From assembly GCA_016839555.1 (NCBI GenBank), contig JAEOUA010000010.1, positions 160,001 through 224,000 of the forward strand: 64,000 nucleotides of DNA, in the 5' to 3' direction. The DNA is from Promethearchaeota archaeon. Lineage in GTDB: Archaea > Asgardarchaeota > Lokiarchaeia > Sigyniarchaeales > SOKP01. A program made the position numbers and the translations under genes. Shown here in pieces: positions 1-10,608 of this stretch (position 1 is the stretch's first letter; each line of letters starts with the position of its first letter). A model generated the notes under the pieces. The model made no database searches and was not told the origin of the DNA. It saw nothing but the letters and a program-made list of their open reading frames with translations.

Positions 1-88
1 CTATACAAACTGTTTGAAATGCATAGACTCTTAGTAAATCAATATTAACGGATGTGGTATCCGAAAATTTTATGGGATTGGGATTCAT
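1..88 (-). CDS. Acyltransferase_3 (OafA-like) membrane acyltransferase, N-terminus only (runs off window)
   Basis: Manual translation from ATG at 88: MNPNPIKFSDTTSVNIDLLRVYAFQTVCI..., paralogous to the N-terminus of 9191..10339 (FKLSEGNSVNINIIRIITIQII). Confidence 0.7.
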   Translation of the reverse strand, partial: MNPNPIKFSDTTSVNIDLLRVYAFQTVCI

Positions 89-505
89 TTTATAATAGCA
101 ATAATTTTTAATTTTCTTAATTTTGTTCTAATATTTGAGAAAAGATCCTTATAGTAATTTATAAAGTATCTAAAAAAAATATTTTTTATTTAAGATAATT
201 TAATTCTATTCATTATTGAGTTATTTAATTAAATTTTTTGAAATAATATTATTTTTTTTTAGATTTACTTTATATACAATTATTTTCAGTTTAATTTGCA
301 ATTCGAGCTAATAAATTAATTAGAAAAATAATTTAATAGATTTTAAAAAGATTTTTCAATAATTTATTGGAATAGAAGCAATTAAATCTAACTTTTAATA
401 GAACTTAACTTCTTTAAAAATTTCAATTTATTAATATTTATTTTAAGTCAAATTCATCACTTCTAAAACGCTCGATCATATTTTTTAAAAAAAAAGAAGA
501 GATGT

Positions 506-1162
506 CTATTCTAACTTATATACTCCATAAGTTAAAATAATAAAGCTTATAGAAAATGCTATTCTATTAAACTTTTGACCCGCAACTAATAATAATCGCG
601 AGATATTTAGTCCCGCAATTTCTACCATTAAAATGGTAAAAAAGAAAATACTAAATATTGCTAAGATATATCCATAAAATTTTGACATCCTTTCTTGTAA
701 AAAGAGAGTAATTGCATAAGCCAATGCCATAAAAAAAATACAAGCATACGCAATATAAGCAAAGATCATATGAGGGGGTCTTAATATATCTGCGGGAGTA
801 AAAATTACACCAATAAAGCAGATAGAAGAAATATACCCGAAAATTGATCCTATCATCGCAATTTTATTTTCTTTTGTCGAGTCTTGAAATAATCGAGGGA
901 ATATATAATAGAATGGTATAAATAAAATTGCTACGGAAGAATAGGCAATTGTGAAAAAAATCATAGATATTATATTATTTACACCATTATGGGCAATTGT
1001 TCGTCCTGTATCACTAAAAGTATTTCCCCAAAAGGAATAACCAGGAATTGAGGGATCATCCATCGTGCCGCCAGCATAAAAAATCATGGCAAGGGTTATG
1101 AAAATAATATATAGAATAATTCCAATAATTTCTATTAAACACGCTTTATCCTTAGTTTCCAT
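506..1162 (-). CDS. DUF998/Frag1-like multi-pass membrane protein
   Basis: YSFWGNTFSDTG motif, GVIFTPAD...H, about 5-6 hydrophobic helices. Confidence 0.6.
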   Translation of the reverse strand: METKDKACLIEIIGIILYIIFITLAMIFYAGGTMDDPSIPGYSFWGNTFSDTGRTIAHNGVNNIISMIFFTIAYSSVAILFIPFYYIFPRLFQDSTKENKIAMIGSIFGYISSICFIGVIFTPADILRPPHMIFAYIAYACIFFMALAYAITLFLQERMSKFYGYILAIFSIFFFTILMVEIAGLNISRLLLVAGQKFNRIAFSISFIILTYGVYKLE

Positions 1163-1319
1163 ATCTTTAATCTCTTTATATTTTCTTTATAATATGTTTT
1201 TAATTGTAATTATAATTAGAATTTATTCTTTATAAAACTATAAATTTAAGAAATAAACTCAGGAATAAATTAAATATCTTATAATAAAAAAGACAAAAAA
1301 AAAAGAAAAATTTCTAAAG

Positions 1320-2519
1320 TTAATCAGGTTTTCCCAAAATCGTGACAGAGCACACAGCGTATGCTCCACCAAGATTGTGACACAATCCTAGTTCTGGATT
1401 CGGGACTTGTCTACCCTCAGCTCTCCCTTGAAGTTGCTTTGTGATCTCTTGAAGCATTCGACATCCGGTAGAACCAATAGGATGTCCAAAGGATTTTAAA
1501 CCTCCTGAGGGATTTACTGCCGTTTCTCCATCCCAATTAAATGTACCATTTCTTAATTCCTCGGGAGCCTTACCTCGGTCACAGAATTGCAAATCCTGAC
1601 AATTTAAAAGCTCTGTAATTGTAAAGCAATCATGAACTTCTGCGGCATCTATTTCCTTTCGTGGATTTTCAATACCAGCTTCTTTATATGCCATATTTGC
1701 AGCTTTTACGGTTGCTGGAAATGAGGTATAATCAGATCCCGGACCAGGTGGGGGCACCCACCATGGGAAATTGGTTTGAGCTGAAATTGCGTTTGCCTTA
1801 ACAATAATATAATCGTCACCATGCGCATAGCTGGGGGCCATTTCGGGAGAAGTTAGTATTAATGCGGCTGCTCCATCGGACATCGCGCAGCAATCAAATC
1901 TGCCCAATGGATCCGCAATCATGGGTGCGCTCATTACTGTTTCTAAGTCCACTGCTCGTCGAAAGTGTGCTTTAGGATGATGAGCACCATTTTCATGATT
2001 TTTTACTGCAACATATGCTAAGTCTTCTTTCGTCCATCCAAATTCGTGGAAACAGCGCGTAGCCGCTAATGAAAACATTGCGGGAGCTGAGGGTAATGGA
2101 TATACGGGATGGCCAAAAATTCTGAAACCAGGTAATCCACTACTGCCTTCATCCATTATTTTTTCTACACCACATGCCATAACCACATCATATGCACCAG
2201 AAGCAATCGCAAAACACGCGTTCCTGAAGGCATCCATTCCAGAGGCACAATAATTCTCAACCCTTGTGGCTGGTTTACCTCCAAACTTCATTATATCTTC
2301 GACAGTGGCGCCAGCTAATCCAGTGAAATAATAATAAATTCCAACCCAGGTCGCATCAACATCGTCCTTTTCGATTCCGGCATCTTTGAATGCACCTTGG
2401 GCAGCTTCAAATAACAAGTCGAATTGATTTTTATCCCATAACTCTCCAAATTTAGTCGCTTCACAGCCAATAATTGCCACTTTATCTCTTATTCCTTTTC
2501 TAACCATTTTACTTAACAC
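1320..2519 (-). CDS. Thiolase, SCP2/archaeal type (acetyl-CoA acetyltransferase family)
   Basis: ENYCASG catalytic Cys, EVHDCF, GHPIGSTG, HNLGG motifs; overlaps the upstream DUF35 gene. Confidence 0.9.
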   Translation of the reverse strand: MLSKMVRKGIRDKVAIIGCEATKFGELWDKNQFDLLFEAAQGAFKDAGIEKDDVDATWVGIYYYFTGLAGATVEDIMKFGGKPATRVENYCASGMDAFRNACFAIASGAYDVVMACGVEKIMDEGSSGLPGFRIFGHPVYPLPSAPAMFSLAATRCFHEFGWTKEDLAYVAVKNHENGAHHPKAHFRRAVDLETVMSAPMIADPLGRFDCCAMSDGAAALILTSPEMAPSYAHGDDYIIVKANAISAQTNFPWWVPPPGPGSDYTSFPATVKAANMAYKEAGIENPRKEIDAAEVHDCFTITELLNCQDLQFCDRGKAPEELRNGTFNWDGETAVNPSGGLKSFGHPIGSTGCRMLQEITKQLQGRAEGRQVPNPELGLCHNLGGAYAVCSVTILGKPD

Positions 2520-3969
2520 CTCCTACTATATCGGGTCTGCCACGTACGGGCCTACATTTCCAGTAATAATTTATAAATTCAGCACCTTGATGTACTCTTC
2601 GAAAAGTTAATTCTACTTCCATTCCTATTTCAACATTCTCTTCTGGTTTTTCAATTTCCGTCATATCTAACATAAGTCGACCGCCTCCATTCATATCAAT
2701 CACACACCGAGGAACTGGAGTGTTATAGTAATTACCTCCAACCAGATGATCCAAAGTATAAGTGAATATCTTACCTTTATAAGCTAACTTAACTTTTTCC
2801 ATTTGATCATCTGCTCGACACACATAGCAGGCTCTATGAAAGGTAGGATATTGAATTGCCCCACATGCTTTACATCTTACTCCATAATTTCTTAATACAG
2901 AATCAGCATCTCTCCAAAGTGTTACCGCAGAACTCTTACGGATATATCGGTCTTTGTTTAACAATTCTTTATTATCGATAAATGTATCATAATTTTTTAT
3001 TTGTATCATAGATTTTTGATGATCACGCATACCCATCCGACCTTTTCCAATGTTCCTAACACCTGATTTATCTCTTACTTGTAAGAGAATTGCATCCGCC
3101 CCATCCCCATATCCAACCATTAGCATTTTTGCATCTTCATCAGGACGTCTTAACGCACTTATAAGCAGCATAATTGGCATGGGAGTGCCAGTATTTCCAA
3201 TTTGGAAAAATAAACTGTCTTGAGCAACTCCTCGCTCAAACCCCATTTTTTTAGAAATAGTTCCATGCATTCTTGGATTATCATAATAATAACATGCACA
3301 ACTAATATCTTTTGGGCTAAGATCATTTTTTTGTAATATCTTATTCATTACAGTTGATACACTTTCGATATAAAATCGTGCATCCATTTTCACCTCAAAG
3401 GTTCGAATATATTCATCTCCTTCTCTACGTTTCCATGGACCAGTTGTGTTTTTTGAGATAGAGACTGTATCATCAATAGAAATTGGAATATTTTTTTCAT
3501 CCGCTATCAATAAAGCTGCAGCTCCATCAGCAAAGCCGTATTCCCACATAGTTGAGGGTTCAGGTTGTCGCTCATCTGATGCTATTACCAATATACTTTT
3601 TATATCATCATTGGCTTTTATTGTTTCATATGCTCTCGCAACCGCTGTGGTCCCAGCTTTTAAGGAATTTGTAAAATCAACGGATACTATATCATCTCTA
3701 AGATCTAAAACAGCAGAGAGTATTGAAGATGTATCTTTTTCAGTATATACGGGAGTCGTGGTGGCATAATATAATCCATCAACACTCTTAGGGTCAATCC
3801 CTGCTAAACAATCAAGTCCAGCTTCGACCGCCATCGTGAGACTATCTTCATCAGAGAGTGCAAATGCTTTTGTTCCTGGAACCGATGGGAAATCCCATGC
3901 TTTAGCAATCAGATTCCTTGGTAAAAGATAACGCGGTAAATAGGCGCCGTAGCTCTTAATTCCTATCAT
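2509..3969 (-). CDS. HMG-CoA-synthase-like domain fused to DUF35 (Zn-ribbon + OB-fold)
   Basis: GIKSYGAYLPRY, DEDSLTMAVEA, IGNTG; C-terminal CKAC..CYVC Zn ribbon and OB fold (VEIGMEVELTFRR). Confidence 0.85.
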   Translation of the reverse strand: MIGIKSYGAYLPRYLLPRNLIAKAWDFPSVPGTKAFALSDEDSLTMAVEAGLDCLAGIDPKSVDGLYYATTTPVYTEKDTSSILSAVLDLRDDIVSVDFTNSLKAGTTAVARAYETIKANDDIKSILVIASDERQPEPSTMWEYGFADGAAALLIADEKNIPISIDDTVSISKNTTGPWKRREGDEYIRTFEVKMDARFYIESVSTVMNKILQKNDLSPKDISCACYYYDNPRMHGTISKKMGFERGVAQDSLFFQIGNTGTPMPIMLLISALRRPDEDAKMLMVGYGDGADAILLQVRDKSGVRNIGKGRMGMRDHQKSMIQIKNYDTFIDNKELLNKDRYIRKSSAVTLWRDADSVLRNYGVRCKACGAIQYPTFHRACYVCRADDQMEKVKLAYKGKIFTYTLDHLVGGNYYNTPVPRCVIDMNGGGRLMLDMTEIEKPEENVEIGMEVELTFRRVHQGAEFINYYWKCRPVRGRPDIVGGVK

Positions 3970-4253
3970 TTTTGTAATAATACCCTTTTTTAAATTATTA
4001 ATTATTTAATTTAATTTTCTTATATTATGTGTTTGAATTAATTTCATTAAAAATATTTTCCGAATTTAGGTAAAAAAATTTCCAAGCAAATAATAGTTAA
4101 AAATTACCTATTCTTCAGATTTTTTTTAATGTAAAGAATAATGATAAGAGATTTCTTATATAGCGTTATTCCCAGAGATTTTAATATATAGAAATAGTAG
4201 TGAATAATAATATAAACTAAGAATATATAAAAGATTAGAAAACAGATATTTAT

Positions 4254-5156
4254 TTATATTTTACAACTGTTTATTTCTTTTTCATGAGAAATTTGGATGG
4301 TGGATTCAATGATATTAAATTTTTCATGGAGAAAATTACTGATATTATTAATTAATTTATCTTCATTCATATTATCTGTAATTTGTATATGTGTTGTTAA
4401 CACCAGTAGCTCATTGGTAATTGTCCATAGATGAGTATGATATATTTCATTTATTTCATGAAATTCATTTTTCAATTCTTTCTCAATAACATCAATATTG
4501 AGATTTTTTGGAGCCATTTCCAAAAGTATCCTACCAGAATCTCTTAAAATACCTATAGACCAAGAAGTTATGAGAGCCGCAATGAGAAAGCTTACGAGGG
4601 GATCAAGGAATAACCAACCAGTATAGAAAATAATTACAGAAACTATCATGATAGCAATGGAGGAAATTGCATCTCCCATCATATGAAAAAATACTCCCTT
4701 AATATTAAGATCCTCTTTATGGCTCCCGTGGAGAATTGAAATACTAATAATATTAACCGCAAGCCCAATGATAGCAATAGAGATCATATAAAAAATCTGA
4801 ATCTCTGCTGGGTTCAATAATCTCACTATAGCCTCATAAATAATAAACCCAACCATTACTAATAAAAAAAGACCATTAATTAGTGCGGCGAGAACTTCTG
4901 CCCGATATAATCCGAAGGTCCTATGACGACAAGAAGGTTTCCTTGCTAAATATATTGCGAAAAGACTAATACTTATCGCGAATGCATGGGTAAACATATG
5001 ACCTGCATCACTTAATAATGCTATGCTATTCGATACTATACCTCCTATGATTTCAAGAACCATAACTGAAGCAGTAATAACGAGGGAAAAAGCTAGTCTC
5101 TTTCTTTCCACTTTTCTATAGGTGAAAATCCGGTCGGGTTTTTTATGAGAAGTCAT
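4254..5156 (-). CDS. Cation diffusion facilitator (Zn/Co/Cd efflux, CzcD/ZitB-like)
   Basis: SIALLSDAGHM, TFGLYRAEVLAAL, FHMMGD, HLWTI motifs. Confidence 0.9.
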   Translation of the reverse strand: MTSHKKPDRIFTYRKVERKRLAFSLVITASVMVLEIIGGIVSNSIALLSDAGHMFTHAFAISISLFAIYLARKPSCRHRTFGLYRAEVLAALINGLFLLVMVGFIIYEAIVRLLNPAEIQIFYMISIAIIGLAVNIISISILHGSHKEDLNIKGVFFHMMGDAISSIAIMIVSVIIFYTGWLFLDPLVSFLIAALITSWSIGILRDSGRILLEMAPKNLNIDVIEKELKNEFHEINEIYHTHLWTITNELLVLTTHIQITDNMNEDKLINNISNFLHEKFNIIESTIQISHEKEINSCKI

Positions 5157-5425
5157 TTTCTAAATTTCTTTTATAATAATTCCTTATATATATGATTTCT
5201 TACCAATTTTTAATTATTATGATAATAATTCATAATATTTGTAGAAAATATTTACATTTTTTATAAGACCAATTAAATTCTAATTAATAATAATTAAAAG
5301 TTAATTTGGGAGCTGACGAAAAAACATAAAAATAACTAAAAAATGAAAACTAAATTAGATTGGAAAAGTTACAACCTATTTTATGAGAAAATAAAAACAT
5401 AATATGCTAAAAAAAATATTTTAAT

Positions 5426-5920
5426 TTAATCTCCTTGTTCAATTCTTTTCTCTAAAACGATTAAGATGGGATTAAATCCCGCTTTCGAGAAAATCTTTAT
5501 TAATTTATCTTGAGCACCATAACCAATATTTATCCTAATGGATTCACATCCCCAACTGGAGAGTATCTGGACAGCTCTATCTGCCAATATTTTCCCTACT
5601 TGCTTTCCAATATATTCTTTTTTCGTGGCCCAATTATCTAAATATCCAATATAATTCCCCAGGGTGTTTTTAACAGCTTCAAGCATTCCCATACCAATAA
5701 CTTCTCCTGTATCCTTTAGCTCCGCAATTAGAGTGATTCTTTTTAAATTTGGTTTAAATTGTCTAAGACCCGAGCTTTTTTTCCATTTTTCTTCTTCTAA
5801 CCCAATATCATATTTATCATGAAGCTGTTGGAGGATCTCGAGGGTTGCTTCATAATCAGAAGTGCGATAATTTCTAATAATAATCTCATCTTCTTCTATT
5901 ATCTCATTTTCATTAGCCAT
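5426..5920 (-). CDS. GNAT family N-acetyltransferase
   Basis: IIRNYRTSD start, EYIGKQVGKIL motif A, FSKAGF motif B. Confidence 0.75.
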   Translation of the reverse strand: MANENEIIEEDEIIIRNYRTSDYEATLEILQQLHDKYDIGLEEEKWKKSSGLRQFKPNLKRITLIAELKDTGEVIGMGMLEAVKNTLGNYIGYLDNWATKKEYIGKQVGKILADRAVQILSSWGCESIRINIGYGAQDKLIKIFSKAGFNPILIVLEKRIEQGD

Positions 5921-5941
5921 ATTTTTATACCTCTTATTATT

Positions 5942-6967
5942 TTAGTTAATATTTTTAAAACTTTCTAAATTTATTTTTTTCGCAAGTAATTTTTTATTAT
6001 CTTCCATTTGAATTAAGAAAAAGAGATATTCGTCAATATGCGGAATGATTGGACTAATGAATAGTAATTCTTCATTTGGATACCACTCTTCTATTTTTTG
6101 ATTCATGATCTCTTTTTCAAAAAACTCTTTTACATGCGTAATTTTAACAATAATATTTTCATATTTTTTGTCAGTATTATTACTTGCTAATATTTCTACT
6201 TCTTCAGAATCTTTACTAATTGAAATATCAATTATGTTAAAGGGTTTAACCAATTTCAGTTCTTTTTCAGATTTTTTCGTTGGATCAAAAATTTTAATAT
6301 TTGAAAAACTTGATTCATCACTATTTAGAATATATGAAACATCAATACCTTTTAATGCAAGAAAGGATAATGCCTTTTGTTTTTTGATAGAACTAGTATC
6401 TCGTTCTTTAATGACTGAAGAAAAAAATTCTTTGCAGTTGTTTCTAATTAATTTTTTCATTTCTTCCTTAATTTTTTCCCCTTTTTCAATAGTTTTTTGT
6501 GTTTTCGGAGTTTTAATGATTTCCTCTTTCGCTATTTCACATTCAATTAATTCATAGAGCTTTTCTTCATATTTATCTTTCACAAGTTGGGTTACTTTCC
6601 TTATTAATTCATCTCCAAATATATCTAAATCATCTGGAAGGGATATTATAACAACTACAGTCTCTGGAGTTTCTTTTTCTAATCCTGCCCTGCGTTTTTC
6701 TCTTAATGATTTGGCTAGAAATTTTTTTCCAAAAAATGTATATCCCTTATATTCGAGATCTATATGATCTAATGCTTTAGACTCTTCTATTTCAAGGAAC
6801 CAGATGGGATGGTATTTTATAGGGCGCATAAAATCTCTATTATTTTTTAAATCCTCGTTGGGACACATAAATAGAGGGATATGTCCTTTAGACTCATCGA
6901 AATACATGAGATATACATAACAAAGCTCTTCTAATGTATCTTCCATTTTAGCAGTAATTTTAGCCAA
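5942..6967 (-). CDS. DENN/longin-like eukaryotic signature protein with C-terminal Ig-like domain
   Basis: N-terminal VYLMYFDESKGHIPLFMCP resembles the uDENN/longin FD-x3-G-x6-P hairpin; RRAG..ETVVVII strand; beta-rich C-terminus. Confidence 0.55.
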   Translation of the reverse strand: MAKITAKMEDTLEELCYVYLMYFDESKGHIPLFMCPNEDLKNNRDFMRPIKYHPIWFLEIEESKALDHIDLEYKGYTFFGKKFLAKSLREKRRAGLEKETPETVVVIISLPDDLDIFGDELIRKVTQLVKDKYEEKLYELIECEIAKEEIIKTPKTQKTIEKGEKIKEEMKKLIRNNCKEFFSSVIKERDTSSIKKQKALSFLALKGIDVSYILNSDESSFSNIKIFDPTKKSEKELKLVKPFNIIDISISKDSEEVEILASNNTDKKYENIIVKITHVKEFFEKEIMNQKIEEWYPNEELLFISPIIPHIDEYLFFLIQMEDNKKLLAKKINLESFKNIN

Positions 6968-7098
6968 CCGACTCTATTCTTGTTCTTATTTTTAGTTCTT
7001 TTACATAAAGAATTAATATTTCTTAAACTAAAAATATTGTTAAAAAAATATTGGAAAAAAAATAAAATTATAAATATAATCCAAGTTAATAGTTCCTC

Positions 7099-8181
7099 AT
7101 GAAAATAACTGATATTAAGACTCATTTATTAGAATTAGATTTTAAAATAAAAATTGGTTCAATGCCCAGATTTAAGGCAACAGGATTATATATAAATATC
7201 AAAACAGATGAAAATATAGATGGATGGGGATTATCTCATTGGAATTTAAGCAATGCTGCCCAAAAACAATTTGTAGATGAAGCCTTAAGTCGTTTGATAC
7301 TTAATAAAGATCCATTTATGACCGAGGAAATATTTCATACCATCTATCATAGCAGTAATCGTATTATGTTTGGCATAGCTCAGAGTACAAGTGCCATCCA
7401 AGTTGCTCTGTGGGATATTATTGGAAAAGCAACAGGACAACCAATTTACAAATTATTAGGTGGAAGGAAAAAGAAAGTAAAAGCATATGCTTCCATGCCA
7501 AGAGGATATAAAGTGAAAGCTGCTTCGGGAGCGGTAGAGGCAGCTATAGATTTAGGAGATTTTAAAGGAGTCAAATTGAGAATTGGAAATGGAGCTAAAG
7601 AAGATGAAAAATTATTGAAAACAGTTCGGGATTCATTTCCTAAAATTAATATTATGGTTGATGCCAATTCTGCCTATGAGAGTGTTCCTGAAGCTTTAGA
7701 AATAGCAAAAATATGTGAAAAGTATGACATAACTTGGTTAGAAGAACCGATGCCCTCTGATAATTTGAATGGATTAGCTAGATTGAGAGGATTATCTCCT
7801 GTAGAAATTGCCGGAGGAGAAAATGATATGGGAATATTCAGATTTGAGGATATTCTGTCAAAAGGAACATATGATATTATACAGCCAGATGTGACTCGTA
7901 GTGGCGGCTATCTTCAACTCAGAAAGATTGATGCCATGGCAGAGGTGAAGGGAGTACGCTGCATACCCCATATTTTCGGATTTGGACATATTTTAGCCGC
8001 AAATCTTCATTTTATTATGGCGAGTCGTTGTGATTGGTGTGAATTTCCATTTATACCCGATGAATATCAGCTCCTTGAGGAACCTATTAAGGTGCAAAAA
8101 GGATATTTAAAAGCTTTAGAAAAGCCGGGCTTGGGTGTTGAAATTAATAAGCAAATGTTTGATGAAAATGTAATCTCGTAG
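7099..8181 (+). CDS. Mandelate racemase/muconate lactonizing enzyme family (sugar-acid dehydratase-like)
   Basis: ALWDIIGKATGQPIYKLLGG, KLRIG, MVDAN, WLEEP, GGEN, QPD, IPH motifs. Confidence 0.9.
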   Translation: MKITDIKTHLLELDFKIKIGSMPRFKATGLYINIKTDENIDGWGLSHWNLSNAAQKQFVDEALSRLILNKDPFMTEEIFHTIYHSSNRIMFGIAQSTSAIQVALWDIIGKATGQPIYKLLGGRKKKVKAYASMPRGYKVKAASGAVEAAIDLGDFKGVKLRIGNGAKEDEKLLKTVRDSFPKINIMVDANSAYESVPEALEIAKICEKYDITWLEEPMPSDNLNGLARLRGLSPVEIAGGENDMGIFRFEDILSKGTYDIIQPDVTRSGGYLQLRKIDAMAEVKGVRCIPHIFGFGHILAANLHFIMASRCDWCEFPFIPDEYQLLEEPIKVQKGYLKALEKPGLGVEINKQMFDENVIS

Positions 8182-8189
8182 AATTTTCA

Positions 8190-9002
8190 TTAATTTTTAG
8201 CATACAACATATATACTCCCATTATCGTTTCCCGGGACTCTTTTCCGATACCAATTTCAAAACCTCTTTCTTTTAGAGAATCACTAATTTCCTTCAAGAG
8301 GTTTTCTCCTCCTTTGATATGTTCATGCACTTCCATAGAAATCTGCTGAATTTTATCCCAATCTTTATTATTAATGCCCTCAAGAACTTGTCTTTCATAA
8401 TTTTCAGCATCAATCTTTAACAAATTAATGGTATTAATATTATTTTCTTTGATAATATCAGAAAGAGGTCTAATAACACCATTAATTTTCTTACTTTTAT
8501 AGAGATATTTCAATATCTTTTCAACAAATTCTTTGCGCGAAGATTCTGGTACATTTCGAGCAGCTGGATAATCTTTACATATAACATCTTCATAATTTTC
8601 TAAATATTGCTCAATTTTTTTATTCCATTCAAATGGAATTGCTGCGGAATCCGCACTTACATTAGGATAATAAAAAAATTCAATTATTTCCTCTTTCTCT
8701 CCCAAACCTATATTATAATTTTTAATTGAAGCATCTATATTTTTAAGATTAGCTTCTAACACGTTAAATATTTCTGGGATTGGTTCAAAGGTAAGAATTC
8801 TTAAATTTGAGGCCTTTTGAGAAATAAATCGACTAAATAATCCTATATTTGCCCCGACATCAAAAATAGTATTATTATCTTTAATCTCTATGTTATTTTG
8901 GAGATAGATATTATCAACAAAAATCTCTTGAAAAACATACAAAGCTGTCATTCTATCTATATAATAAATACTTTCTCCATTAGGTAATGTTAATTGTTTC
9001 AT
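8190..9002 (-). CDS. FkbM family methyltransferase
   Basis: FDVGANIGLF, FEPIP, LLKIDAE, MEVH motifs. Confidence 0.9.
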   Translation of the reverse strand: MKQLTLPNGESIYYIDRMTALYVFQEIFVDNIYLQNNIEIKDNNTIFDVGANIGLFSRFISQKASNLRILTFEPIPEIFNVLEANLKNIDASIKNYNIGLGEKEEIIEFFYYPNVSADSAAIPFEWNKKIEQYLENYEDVICKDYPAARNVPESSRKEFVEKILKYLYKSKKINGVIRPLSDIIKENNINTINLLKIDAENYERQVLEGINNKDWDKIQQISMEVHEHIKGGENLLKEISDSLKERGFEIGIGKESRETIMGVYMLYAKN

Positions 9003-9190
9003 ATTAAATTTAAGTTATTATTACTATATTTTAAGACCTAAATAGTAATAACTTATCAATATTTTATATTTTTAGAATTCATATTTCTAATATATAGTGT
9101 ACTTAATGTTTCATAAATAAATAATCTTAATATCTCAGTTAAAAATATAATAAAAGCTCTACCAAGAATATTAAAAAATTTAAAATGCTT

Positions 9191-10339
9191 TTAGGGCATA
9201 CTCTTAAGAGGTTTTTGTACTTTTTCTGATTTCGGTTCTAGATTAAATTTTTTAATAAGATATCTGTTAAGCTGAGGCGCTTTTCTTTCCGTGAAATATG
9301 CTATGATAAATGAGAGCATATTTGCTATAATATGCATATAAAGAAATAGTATAAAATCGTCACCATATCCTAAAACAAGGTTATAAAGACACATATGAAA
9401 GAGAAACATCGTTAATGTATAACTTGCCAAATAATTGATTATTTTCTTAACTTTTTTGGGATATTTAAAGTTACTATATTGGGCAAAAATAAATAAAAAT
9501 AAAATTCCACTCGCTAAAAATAAATTATAAATTAATTCATAAGCAGTATGATTTTCATTAAATTGTTCTCTAATTAATGCTAAAGCAAAACACCCTAAAC
9601 CTAATATTAAAGAAAAATATCTAACTTTCCTTAACAATTTTATAGAAGATTGAGTTTTTCCATTTTTATTATCAATATTCTTAATTTTTTTCTGTATAAA
9701 TTTGTTTAATTTATCTATTAATGAAGCAAAACTGGCACCTAAAAACCAGATAATTAAAAAATTTATTTTTCTCTCAGAGCACATTCCAAAAATGATTAAA
9801 AATATAAAGAAGGCAAAAAAACCCAATAAAATATAATAAATAAATTTCTTTTTGGTTGTTCTAGAGCCTAGTATTAGCCACCCGAAAAACAAATATTGCC
9901 ACCAGAATAGAGGAAAAATCCATAAATGACGATTATATCCATAAAATTTATATCCTAACGCTGAATCATTTAATAACAAAATATTAATAAAAAATTCGAC
10001 AATATGGTCAAGAAATTTATAATGATTTATCCAATCTACAAAAACAATAAGAGTATATACAGTTAAAACCACAGGATAGATTCTAGAAAACCTTCTTATG
10101 AAAAATTTTTTAAAATCATAGTTTTTATCGTTCATACTCATATAAATCGAATGAGCAATAAGAAATCCACTGATTAACATTAAAAAGTTTAAGCAAAATA
10201 CACCTATTGAATTTGCAAAGTCGATAGCTCCGATATTTTCTAATCCATGGGAAACAGCAATAATTTGAATAGTGATTATGCGAATTATATTAATATTGAC
10301 TGAATTACCTTCAGATAATTTGAATGTATAGTTTTTCAT
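9191..10339 (-). CDS. Acyltransferase_3 (OafA-like) membrane acyltransferase
   Basis: FLMLISGFLI, FFIRRFSRIYP, HLW, SYTLTMFLFH, YFTE; about 10 TM helices. Confidence 0.85.
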   Translation of the reverse strand: MKNYTFKLSEGNSVNINIIRIITIQIIAVSHGLENIGAIDFANSIGVFCLNFLMLISGFLIAHSIYMSMNDKNYDFKKFFIRRFSRIYPVVLTVYTLIVFVDWINHYKFLDHIVEFFINILLLNDSALGYKFYGYNRHLWIFPLFWWQYLFFGWLILGSRTTKKKFIYYILLGFFAFFIFLIIFGMCSERKINFLIIWFLGASFASLIDKLNKFIQKKIKNIDNKNGKTQSSIKLLRKVRYFSLILGLGCFALALIREQFNENHTAYELIYNLFLASGILFLFIFAQYSNFKYPKKVKKIINYLASYTLTMFLFHMCLYNLVLGYGDDFILFLYMHIIANMLSFIIAYFTERKAPQLNRYLIKKFNLEPKSEKVQKPLKSMP

Positions 10340-10608
10340 TTTAGAAAGTTTTTAATAGAAATTATGATGAGTTTTATATTTGAAATCTTTTAAAGTTTTA
10401 TAATTTATAAAAAAATAGTTTAATAATCTTAAGATAGTGCGTTAGTTTGAGAGAAAAAAATGTGATTTTGGTGAATATTTGATTATTACTATCTTAAATA
10501 GTTATATCCTATCTTTTATCTTAATCAAATGTTTTTAAGAGATTAAAATGTAAGGTAATTAATGGGAATTTTGTTTATTCATATTAATAAATAATATTTT
10601 TAAAAAGA

